DNA from: Chloroflexota bacterium
GTDB lineage: Bacteria; Chloroflexota; UBA11872; VXNJ01
Direction: 5' to 3'
Assembly (NCBI GenBank): GCA_965263025.1
Contig: OZ253578.1
Span: forward strand, 879,614-943,613
Length of the DNA: 64,000 nt
Position numbers and translations under genes: made by a program. Positions 9,263 to 18,119 of this stretch are shown one piece after another. Every line of letters starts with the position of its first letter. Positions within the stretch are counted from its first letter, which is position 1. Under the pieces are notes generated by a model, which was not told the origin of the DNA, made no database searches, and saw only the letters and a list, made by a program, of their open reading frames with translations.

Positions 9263-10144
9263 ATGCGCCAACCCGCAAGCCCCGGCCCGCGGATTTTCGC
9301 GAGATGGGAGAGACGCGCCGTGACCGACAGCACGGAACCGACCGTTTCCGAAATCTTGCGTTACGGCCTGAACCACGACCTGACGATCATCGACTTTCAC
9401 ACGCACCTCGGACGGTGGTTCCACTACTGGTTCTCCGAGGACAGCGCCCATGAACTCGTGGCGCGGATGGACGATTTCGGAATAACGACGTCGGTTACGC
9501 ACCACACGCTCGGCATGGTCGGCGAATACCGCCGGGGCAACGACATCATCGGCCAGGCGATGCGGCGGTTCCCCGGACGGATCGAGGGAGCGGCGATGGC
9601 CAATCCTCACTACCCCCAGGAAATACGCCCCGAGCTGCAACGCTGTCTGGACGAGTACGACATGCGGGTCATCAAGCTGCACCCCAGCACGCACGCGTAC
9701 AAGCTGGACGGAGACGGGTATCAGCCCGTGTACGAATTCGCGAGCGATCACGGTCTGATTGTCGTGACCCATTGCGGCGCGAACGCCGAAAACGGTTCGG
9801 CGATGCAACTGGCGTCGATGGCGGCCAGATATCCCGATACCACATTCGTGGCCTACCACGTCGCGGGCGACTTCGAGAGTCTCAAGATATACGGGGAGGC
9901 CGTGCGGCCATATCCCAACTATTACGTCGAGATTTGCGGTCCGATGACGCACAACGTCCTGGAGATGCTCGTCGACGAGGTCGGCGAGGATAAGGTCCTG
10001 TTCGGTTCCGACCACATATTCATGTCCATGCCCCCCGGCATCGGAAGAGTTGCTTCTTGCCGGCTGAGCGAGGTTCAAAAGCGCAAGCTGCTGGGGCTGA
10101 ACGCGAAGCGGCTGCTCGACCGTCTGCGCGGACCCTCCGACTAA
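9263..10144 (+). CDS. amidohydrolase family protein (Amidohydro_2)
   Basis: IIDFHTHLG HxH motif, VTHCG and LFGSDH. An alternative GTG start at 9320 has GGGAGAG upstream. Confidence 0.75.
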   Translation: MRQPASPGPRIFARWERRAVTDSTEPTVSEILRYGLNHDLTIIDFHTHLGRWFHYWFSEDSAHELVARMDDFGITTSVTHHTLGMVGEYRRGNDIIGQAMRRFPGRIEGAAMANPHYPQEIRPELQRCLDEYDMRVIKLHPSTHAYKLDGDGYQPVYEFASDHGLIVVTHCGANAENGSAMQLASMAARYPDTTFVAYHVAGDFESLKIYGEAVRPYPNYYVEICGPMTHNVLEMLVDEVGEDKVLFGSDHIFMSMPPGIGRVASCRLSEVQKRKLLGLNAKRLLDRLRGPSD

Positions 10145-10743
10145 GGGCCCGGATTCAGCCGCAGACTCACGGTGGTTCCCCAGCCGACGAGATCTCGCTC
10201 CTCGATTTCGTTCTCGCAGTCGCGCTGGCGTTCGTCCCCCTGGCACAACCGAACCGCTACGGCGGCGGGATCGGTCCATTCGCCGGGAATACCCTCTAAC
10301 CAGTCGCCCAGATCAACGTTGATCCTGACCCTGGCGCGCCGAAACGCGCTCCTTCCATCCGAATGTGTCGCCGTTACGAACACAAGATTTACGTCGCCGA
10401 CCGAGGCGCCATCGAAATAAGCGGTCGTAGTCGCCAGCCCATTGCCATCCGTCGAATTTGTGAAGCTGTGCAAGAGCGGCGGGTTCGCCGGTCCCCTGAT
10501 CCGGCCAAACACTTCATAGTGAATTTCGACCCCCGACGCGGGAACCGTGGAACCATCTGCAAGCCGTTCCACAACATGCACGGTTACGAAGAGCCGGGAC
10601 CGCGGATCGATGGTCTCGCCGCACGCGCCGCCAACAACGGCTACGACCGAAAGCAGTGCAATCGATAGCGCCAGCAAAACCACGTCCGGCGCCGCCGCGA
10701 CTCGGCTGCGCCTCCCGTCAGCGACCCGCCGTCTACCGAGCAA
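10141..10743 (-). CDS. putative lipoprotein (start uncertain)
   Basis: The ORF-track entry 10141..11004 overlaps the neighbouring gene. An internal TTG at 10743 gives an Arg-rich n-region, the hydrophobic LLALSIALLSVVAVVGG and lipobox Cys (GGAC), then a beta-rich domain. Confidence 0.45.
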   Translation of the reverse strand: MLGRRRVADGRRSRVAAAPDVVLLALSIALLSVVAVVGGACGETIDPRSRLFVTVHVVERLADGSTVPASGVEIHYEVFGRIRGPANPPLLHSFTNSTDGNGLATTTAYFDGASVGDVNLVFVTATHSDGRSAFRRARVRINVDLGDWLEGIPGEWTDPAAVAVRLCQGDERQRDCENEIEERDLVGWGTTVSLRLNPGP

Positions 10744-10802
10744 ACCGCGACAAATCACCGAAAGACCCGCCGCGAACAACCGGTAAGCCGGTCTTGCTAG
10801 AG

Positions 10803-12059
10803 CTACGTGGCGACGGCGGCTTCCATTAGCTCCGCCCGGTTTGAGCTGACCTTTTCGATTGCCTCGGCAATGCCGTCCATTGCCGAGCGGTCGGCGAGCA
10901 GCACCGACTGGCCGATCCACATAGTCTCTTCGCGGCACAGCCACTCCGAGTTCGGGCAACGCATCGATCCGTAATCGACGTCGACCGCTCCCTCGCGCGG
11001 CCACGCGTCTTGAAGATCGACTTCCGGCTCAAGGAAGAGCGGTTGGTCCCGGCAGTCGCGCTTGTAACCCGTCGATACTGGCACGCCTTCGGCCGCCAAC
11101 GCCTCGGCGAACTGTTCCCGAGGAAGTCCGTCGAACGCGTCTTGCTGATATCTGAACGTGTAGATGTGATAGGAGTTTCGGGTCACGTAGGGATCGTGAC
11201 GCAGGGGGATGACTCCCTCGATCCCGCCGAGCAGCTCGTTTAGATAGTCGCCGTTGGACGAGCGATGCGCCGCCTGCTCTTCCAGAAGGTCAAGATTGGC
11301 GTCCAGCAACGCCGCTATCACTTCAGAGATCCGATAGTTCCACGACAGATAGCGAAAGACTCCCGTCCGCTCCCTGATGGAGCCTGCCCACAGATCGTGG
11401 TAGTCCACCGAATTCCAGTAGAGCGTCTCGTCGTCGGTCAATACGATTCCGCCCTCGCCGCCGGTAAGGTTCTTGGCCGGTCCGAGGCTGAAGGCGCCTA
11501 CGTCCCCGATCGTTCCCAGGCCCTTGCCGTTCCACGTTCCACCATGGGCGTGCGAGCAGTCCTCGATGACCTTGAGATTGTGTTCGCGCGCGATTTCTAG
11601 GATCGGTCCCATGTCGCACGGCAAACCACCGAAGTGCACGGTCATAATCGCCTCGGTGCGATCCGTGATAGCCGCCTTGATCTTGGACGGGTCGATATTG
11701 TACGTCTCCAGATCGACGTCAACGAAGATCGGAACGCAGCGAGCCATCAGAATGGATGTCGCGCTCGCCATGAAGGTGAAGGGCGACAGGATTACCTCCG
11801 CGCCCCGCGTGAGATTCAAGCTGCGCAAACCGACCTCAAGGGCGGCGGTCCCGCTGCTGACGGCAAGACCGTAGGCCGCCCCCTGGTACTTGGCAAAACG
11901 ATCTTCGAAACGGCGCGACCGCTCCCCGTTGCCCCGAGACCACTGATTGCCTCGCAGCACTTCCTCGACCGCTCTCATGCCGCCCGCGTCCACCATGGGC
12001 CACTTGGGCCACGATCCGCTGCAAACAGGTGTGCCGCCCGTAAGTGCCAGATTGCCCAT
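10803..12059 (-). CDS. DegT/DnrJ/EryC1/StrS family PLP-dependent aminotransferase
   Basis: GTAALEVGLRSL, FSLGPAKNLTGGEGG (PLP Lys) and family-typical length. ATG 12059 has AGGAG upstream; the track starts at TTG 12083. Confidence 0.85.
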   Translation of the reverse strand: MGNLALTGGTPVCSGSWPKWPMVDAGGMRAVEEVLRGNQWSRGNGERSRRFEDRFAKYQGAAYGLAVSSGTAALEVGLRSLNLTRGAEVILSPFTFMASATSILMARCVPIFVDVDLETYNIDPSKIKAAITDRTEAIMTVHFGGLPCDMGPILEIAREHNLKVIEDCSHAHGGTWNGKGLGTIGDVGAFSLGPAKNLTGGEGGIVLTDDETLYWNSVDYHDLWAGSIRERTGVFRYLSWNYRISEVIAALLDANLDLLEEQAAHRSSNGDYLNELLGGIEGVIPLRHDPYVTRNSYHIYTFRYQQDAFDGLPREQFAEALAAEGVPVSTGYKRDCRDQPLFLEPEVDLQDAWPREGAVDVDYGSMRCPNSEWLCREETMWIGQSVLLADRSAMDGIAEAIEKVSSNRAELMEAAVAT

Positions 12060-12486
12060 ACCGCCTGACTCCTGGGTCTTCAAAAAAGGAAACGATTTGG
12101 ACGATTATTGCACCAAACGAGGATCGGGGCGCATTGATCCCGCTCGCCTGATAAAAGCCGATATCCACATACAACTGATATGGAGTGACCGGATATCAAA
12201 TAGTTCCGGCGGTGACCGTGGCGACCGGGATCCGAGACGGGGAAGGATGGACGAGCGAGGCTGAGAGATTTTTCGGGGCTATGGCTTCGTCATTTCGGCG
12301 TTGAGCCGGAATCGAGGTTCGGACCGCCAGCGTCTCAGTCATCGCGTCTGGTGACGTGCGTCTGAAATTTCTCGCGTGCGCTCAGAATCGCGCATGGGGA
12401 TGCGGAATTACTTGGGGGATCGGAGTCTGCGGCTGGAGTGAGTTCCCGGACTGTACTTAGCCTGGGCGACTGGGCCGTTTCATCCT

Positions 12487-13587
12487 CTATGCAGTGGGCA
12501 TTTTGTCCGAAGCCAGCAAGGTGCTGAGCCGTTCCCGCAGATGGTTGCTGAGGTTGAAAATGTCATCGATCGAGTCGATGGGATGTCTAACCCTCTGGCC
12601 AGACGCATCCATGATGCCGACCTGTTTGTCTGCTGTGTTGAACCACATGCGGCAGATATTCTTACGATTATTGTCGTCCAATAGAACTGTGCAGAACGAC
12701 TTTTGATCGCGCATGGAAATGCGCTTAGAGTCTACTATGTCTCTGAGAATCGCCTTGACAACGTTGTACCCCTCAATCTCCTCGATTGTGGTGATGATCC
12801 CGCTGTCATCCTCGGCCACAACGGACGTCTCCTGGTCGGTGGTTTCTTCGGCAGGCGCGGACTCAGACGCCTGCTCCCGTTCGAGGGCGGATTTCAGTCT
12901 GTCGTTGATGCGGTCGTTAATGAACTGGTCAAACGCGCGCTTCGTGAGGTCAGCAAATTGCTCGCGAACGGCCTTCGTCCGGCGCCCTTTGTAGACTTGG
13001 GAAATAATAAACAAAACGAAGTCCTGATACGGTCGGCGAGTTTGATCCGCCAGAACCCGCTTGATCTCCTTTGTGTACATAAGGTCGGCAGCTGCTTCGA
13101 TTGTCTGGGACAAATCGAATGACTGCTTGGTGAACCGCTTAAGCTCGTCGACGGTGTGCGGTGAAAAATTCAGGATATCGAACTCAAAGAACGGTCGTTC
13201 ATCCATGCGGTTCGGCTCGTCGAGATCGGAGTAGAAGCGATAGATGACTCCGTTCGTTAGAACGCCGAACCTAGTGTCAGTAGTCGTGAAATACCGGTAG
13301 AGTTGCGAAGCGTGCTTCTCCGTTAATTCGGAGGCGACATGCTTACACTCGAACACCATAATGGATCTGCCATCTTTTATGATGGCGTAGTCGACCCGTT
13401 CGCCTTTCTTGTTGCCAACGTCAGCCGTGAACTCGGGTACGACCTCTGTCGGGTCGAACACGTTATAGCCCAACGCATTGATGAACGGCAGCACAAAGGC
13501 CGTTTTGGTGGCCTCCTCAGTTTGTGTGTGGTCGAGGAGACGTTCGACGCGGGCGGCAAGCGAGCGGAGGTGGTCAATGAGATCCAT
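12487..13587 (-). CDS. type I restriction enzyme HsdR N-terminal-like (PD-(D/E)xK) domain protein; orphan
   Basis: N-terminal TEEATKTAFVLPFINALGY...VDYAI...FECK gives a D...E-x-K nuclease core of HSDR_N type. The C-terminal EEIEGYNVVKAIL...LLDDNNRKNICRMWF module is seen in stand-alone proteins of this type. The DNA is AT-richer. Confidence 0.7.
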   Translation of the reverse strand: MDLIDHLRSLAARVERLLDHTQTEEATKTAFVLPFINALGYNVFDPTEVVPEFTADVGNKKGERVDYAIIKDGRSIMVFECKHVASELTEKHASQLYRYFTTTDTRFGVLTNGVIYRFYSDLDEPNRMDERPFFEFDILNFSPHTVDELKRFTKQSFDLSQTIEAAADLMYTKEIKRVLADQTRRPYQDFVLFIISQVYKGRRTKAVREQFADLTKRAFDQFINDRINDRLKSALEREQASESAPAEETTDQETSVVAEDDSGIITTIEEIEGYNVVKAILRDIVDSKRISMRDQKSFCTVLLDDNNRKNICRMWFNTADKQVGIMDASGQRVRHPIDSIDDIFNLSNHLRERLSTLLASDKMPTA

Positions 13588-13733
13588 AAAATTCTCCCGT
13601 TAACGCGAGAGGTCGGGCAGTTGCGATGTTACTAGCTCGTGGAAAAACACCGGATTTAAATCTTTAGATGATCAGTCAGCAGCGGCGCAAAGCAGGTGGT
13701 CGTGTCCAGAATTTGGCGGGCGTCCACGAACGG

Positions 13734-14804
13734 CTACGGAACGTCGGGCCGCCGCGTCGGGTCTTCCAGGAGATCGATGATCCCTTGCCAAATCTCGCCC
13801 GGCACCGGAATGCCCCGCGCCTCGCGCGCTCGCCTGGTCTTACGCTCGGGGTCCCCGGGCGCCATGACCTGTTCGACGCCCTCGGCGGGCCGCGACGCCC
13901 TGACCTTATTCAGGAATTCGCCCGACTTCGCCGCCGTCGCCGTATCGCCGCCGAACGTACTGGGGTCGATCGCAAAAATGGACATGCCCGAGTGCCGGAA
14001 ACTGGCGCCGCGGCGAAACATCGGACCGCCGCGCTCGGATTCGGCGTAGTCGTCGGAGGCTCCAAGAATCCGACCCAGGAATTCCACGAGCAGCGCGATG
14101 GCGTAGCCCTTGTAACCCCCAAACGAGACCAGCGCGCCGCCGTCGTAGTAGTCATCGGGATTCGTCGACGGCGCGCCGTGGCGGTCCACGATGCAGTCTT
14201 CGGGCAGCGTTTCTCCCCGGTTGCGCGCCAGCAAGACCTTGCCGCCGGCGATGGTCGTCGTGGCGAAATCGGCAATCAGCGGCGGCTCGTCGCCGCCGGG
14301 AAATCCGAACGCTATGGGGTTGGTCGCCAACAGCGCGTCGCGCCCGCCGAAGGGCACGGCCATCGGGGTTTCCTCGCCCGCGCCTCCGACCGTGATAAGG
14401 GCGGCCACGCCGCGATCCACGGCCATTTCGACATACTCTCCCACGCGTCCCGTGTGGTTGGCCTCGACAAGGTTCACCCAGGCGAGACGCTCTTTCAGCG
14501 CCTTTTCAACCGCTATGTCGAGCGCATATTTGGCGGAAACGTGACCGAATCCCCAATTACCTTTGACCAAGGCCGTGTTAGGGGTTTCCCTGGCTATCTC
14601 GGGTCTGGCCGTCGGAACCACCTGACCCTCCCGAATCGCGTTCGCATAGGCCAGGAGAAGCTGCGCGCCATGTGAATCGTGGCCGGCCAGGTTGGACGAA
14701 ATCAGCCCCTGGGCCACTCGCGCCGCCGCCGCCTCGTCGGCACCCGCATTCCGCAAGACCCGTTCGGCCACGGCCCGCAACTCGCCGGCGGACTTTACTG
14801 GCAC
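13734..14804 (-). CDS. Ldh2 family malate/L-lactate/ureidoglycolate-type dehydrogenase
   Basis: GHDSHG motif and Ldh_2-like length and layout. Confidence 0.8.
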   Translation of the reverse strand: MPVKSAGELRAVAERVLRNAGADEAAAARVAQGLISSNLAGHDSHGAQLLLAYANAIREGQVVPTARPEIARETPNTALVKGNWGFGHVSAKYALDIAVEKALKERLAWVNLVEANHTGRVGEYVEMAVDRGVAALITVGGAGEETPMAVPFGGRDALLATNPIAFGFPGGDEPPLIADFATTTIAGGKVLLARNRGETLPEDCIVDRHGAPSTNPDDYYDGGALVSFGGYKGYAIALLVEFLGRILGASDDYAESERGGPMFRRGASFRHSGMSIFAIDPSTFGGDTATAAKSGEFLNKVRASRPAEGVEQVMAPGDPERKTRRAREARGIPVPGEIWQGIIDLLEDPTRRPDVP

Positions 14805-14971
14805 GCGACCGCGATCCGAATCAGAGGGACGGCGCGGCGGCCTGACGAGAGCATGTTCACCGGGACTGGCTTTTCACACATCACCGTTTTGTATCCGGTT
14901 TGACCGTCGGCGGGTTTCGCCAGGAAGTTTAAGGGCCGAGCCTCCCTGGCGGAAACCCCGTGGACGGGAGT

Positions 14972-17893
14972 CTAACCCGGCGGCTCCACGAGCCGGAAGC
15001 CGTTCTCGGCCTCGTTTACGACGATCGTCGCGTTTGCCGGAACGTTCTCCAAAACGGTGATCTTGCCCGACGCGGGCCAGCGGATCGTTATCCGGTCAAC
15101 GCTGTCGATTTCACTACCAAGGCCAAAGTGCTCGGTGATCTCGCTTTGCCCCAGAAAGTGGCCTCGCACTCCGATCTCGCGAAGTTGGGTCGGGCCGCCC
15201 AGAATCGGACTAACCGTCACCCTGGCCCCCAGTCCCGCCCGGTTCGATTCGACCCCTTCGAGCCGCAGTCGGATCCATCCGTTCTCATTGCCGCCGTCGT
15301 TGCGATAGAGCCTTGGGGCGCCGCCCGTGTTTACGACGAACAGGTCCAGATCGCCATCGCCGTCGTAGTCGAGCGTAACGAGTCCCTTTCCCGCGGCCTC
15401 GTGATCCAGACCAATCGACCGCGCGATTTCGCGCATCGGACCCTCCCCGGCGTTTTCCCACAGCCTCATAAAGTCAAGTTGAGGATTCGCGGTGTCGCCG
15501 TGATGCATCCCGTTTACCATCGAGAGGTCGAGATCGCCGTCGTTGTCGTAATCGAAGAAGACCGCCCCCCACCCCCAGCCTCCGTCGCGCACGTCCGCGA
15601 GGTCGGTGGCGTCGCTGAACCGGCGCCCGCCTTCGTTGCGGTACAGTCGATTGCCGGTCGCGCCGCGGGGATCGCAACCCTCCGGGGTCTGGCACTCGTC
15701 GGACGCGCTGAATATCGACGTCACGAACCAGTCGAGGTCGCCGTCGCCGTCGTAATCGCCGAAGGTCGACCCCATGCCGTTCTTGTCAGACCCGACGCGC
15801 GCGGCAATGGTCCCGTCGGTGAACGTCCCGTCGCCGTTGTTCCAGAACAGTCTCGTGTGTCCATAGTCCGAGACCATCGCGAGGTCCGGCCAGCCGTCAC
15901 CGTCGAGATCGGTAAACGCCGACGCAAACGCAAAAGGCCCTCGCGAGGCCTGACCCATGCCGAGCACCTCGATGCTTGCCTCGCTCTGCGATCTAACGTC
16001 ATCCAGCACCACGCCGGCGGCGACCGTAACGTCCTCGAAGTGGCCGGGCGCGGTCGGCCCCCGGTTGCGCAGGAGCCGCGCGTGCGAGAGATCGCCGGCC
16101 GGGATGAGCGACGACGCGCCCCATTCGGTTACGTGAATGTCGACCCAGCCATCGAGATCGTAGTCCCCGACCGCGATGCTGAAGCCGCTGTGCGGCTGTT
16201 CGGTCTCGATGGCGGCGCCGCGAGACACCGCTTCCTCGGTGAAACGTCCCGCGCCGTCGTTGATGAAGAGGTAGAACCGCTTGTCGGCGATCGTGGTGAC
16301 ATACAAGTCCATATCGCCGTCGCCGTCGACGTCGAGCCACGCGGCGCCGTTCGAATGAAGATCGAACGCGTCGAGACCCGCGTTCGCCGACCAGTCTTCG
16401 AAGCGGCCGTCACCGCGATTGCGAAACAGGATGTCGGGGCCGTCGAGCCTGGTTACGTAGATGTCGGTGTGTCCGTCGCGGTCGAAGTCGGCCGCCGCCG
16501 CGCCGCCGCTCATACGCTCGGGAAAGCAGAAGTCGCCGGGACCTGATCCCTTGAGTCCTCCGTCGAGCATTGTGAACAGCGAGAGGTTGCGCACGCCGAG
16601 CAGGCACATGCCGCGCGGCTGAATGGATTGCTGCTTGTAAACAAGCCCGGCCTCCTCGGTGACGTCGGTGAACCGGACCGTTCCGGCGGCCGCGGCGGGT
16701 GTCTCCCGCTCCCCCGCCAGGGACGACAGCGGCGACGCCGCGACGTATGCCCCCATCGCGACAACCGCCAATCCGCCCGCCAGGCCCAGCGACCATGTTG
16801 CCGCTCCGAGACCCGCGACGGCGCGAACCGGCATAACCTTCGAGAGCCCCCAGAACGTGATCGGTCCACCCGCCGCGGCGGTGAAGAGAAGCGCCACCGC
16901 GGGACCAGTCCCCATGCCGATCAGCAGCAGCGCCACCACCAGGGGAATCTCGAACATCAGCGGCACGTTAATCAGGATCCCGAAGGTAGCGGCAATCGCC
17001 ACCCCCGCGAGGTTGTCCCCCAGGCAACAGGAGACAGCCTCCGGGCTGATGAACTGAATCACAAGCGCGCTCAGAAATCCGGCGATAACCATTATCGGAC
17101 CGAGTCTGACGAGGTACCGGAAGCTCGACGAAGCCCAGTCTCTGAGCCCCTCCGAAATCACCGCGGACCACGCGTCGGGCTCGGGGGCGGCGAGTTCGGT
17201 CATTGCGCCCGGTTCGGGGAGAAGTCTCCGCCGTCCCAGCATCCACGCTACCGCCGGTCCGATCAGCAAGACTCCCAGAAGACTCAGCGCTATTCGCGAT
17301 CCCGCCACGAGCGGACTGAACACGAGCGCCGTCATGACGACCGCCGGGACGTTCAGCGTGGACGAGGCCTGAACGATGGCGATCGTCTCACCGAGTCCCG
17401 CTCCGCGGCGTCGAAAGGCCGCCGAGACAGGAACGATGCACGCCGAGCAAAGCGTCATCGGCGCGCCTATGAAAAACCCCTTGAGGATCCCCCGCATGTC
17501 CTCGCGGGCGAAGCCGATACTGTCCGTCTTTGGCAGCAGAAACGCTTCGGCCAGCCCGGCTGCAAGGAATGCAAACGTCATCCCCACGGCCACCAGCCTC
17601 AGATAGGCGAGCGAAAATTCCCACCATCGAGACAGCAGCCCCGTGTCGCGATCCGCGTCGACGCAGAATCCCTGAAAGCAGCGGGCGGCCGGCGACGTTG
17701 CCGCAACCAGGTCGGCCCGAACCTCATCCAGCTTGGGAGCGCGATTGAACGCCAGGAAAACCGCCAGCAGCACGGCGAAAATTACCAGGCCGAGCACACG
17801 CTTTTTCGTAAGAAATGCGCGCGCGCTGGCCGCCATCTGCGTGCCCGAAGCGCGAACCGGCCGCTGCTGGCGCAGGCGAGAAATCAATGCCAT
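14972..17893 (-). CDS. fusion protein: a predicted permease (DUF318/ArsP-like, Cys-motif) joined to an FG-GAP/VCBS beta-propeller with an ASPIC/UnbV C-terminal domain (CRTAC1-like)
   Basis: The first ~400 aa are polytopic membrane with TLCSACIVP. After that come repeated FDxDGDGxxDLyV FG-GAP motifs and a terminal WIRLRLEGVESNRAGLGARVTV...HFGLG...ITIRWPASG (UnbV_ASPIC). Confidence 0.75.
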   Translation of the reverse strand: MALISRLRQQRPVRASGTQMAASARAFLTKKRVLGLVIFAVLLAVFLAFNRAPKLDEVRADLVAATSPAARCFQGFCVDADRDTGLLSRWWEFSLAYLRLVAVGMTFAFLAAGLAEAFLLPKTDSIGFAREDMRGILKGFFIGAPMTLCSACIVPVSAAFRRRGAGLGETIAIVQASSTLNVPAVVMTALVFSPLVAGSRIALSLLGVLLIGPAVAWMLGRRRLLPEPGAMTELAAPEPDAWSAVISEGLRDWASSSFRYLVRLGPIMVIAGFLSALVIQFISPEAVSCCLGDNLAGVAIAATFGILINVPLMFEIPLVVALLLIGMGTGPAVALLFTAAAGGPITFWGLSKVMPVRAVAGLGAATWSLGLAGGLAVVAMGAYVAASPLSSLAGERETPAAAAGTVRFTDVTEEAGLVYKQQSIQPRGMCLLGVRNLSLFTMLDGGLKGSGPGDFCFPERMSGGAAAADFDRDGHTDIYVTRLDGPDILFRNRGDGRFEDWSANAGLDAFDLHSNGAAWLDVDGDGDMDLYVTTIADKRFYLFINDGAGRFTEEAVSRGAAIETEQPHSGFSIAVGDYDLDGWVDIHVTEWGASSLIPAGDLSHARLLRNRGPTAPGHFEDVTVAAGVVLDDVRSQSEASIEVLGMGQASRGPFAFASAFTDLDGDGWPDLAMVSDYGHTRLFWNNGDGTFTDGTIAARVGSDKNGMGSTFGDYDGDGDLDWFVTSIFSASDECQTPEGCDPRGATGNRLYRNEGGRRFSDATDLADVRDGGWGWGAVFFDYDNDGDLDLSMVNGMHHGDTANPQLDFMRLWENAGEGPMREIARSIGLDHEAAGKGLVTLDYDGDGDLDLFVVNTGGAPRLYRNDGGNENGWIRLRLEGVESNRAGLGARVTVSPILGGPTQLREIGVRGHFLGQSEITEHFGLGSEIDSVDRITIRWPASGKITVLENVPANATIVVNEAENGFRLVEPPG

Positions 17894-18119
17894 CTAGCGG
17901 GCAATCCCCAAGGTCAAAATCTCATCTCAACGGGAATCCTACCGGTTATTCGATCTGGAGGAAGATAGACTCCGCGGAGCAAACTGGCACCTGTCTTTAG
18001 CTAGCGTTTTAGGTACGCGCCGATTTGGAATCTGCCCGCGCATATAGCACTATTCGGCATCAGAAGATCGGCGGCTTGAGAATTACCCTGGCCGCTCAAG
18101 GCGAGCGTGGATCGTCAAT

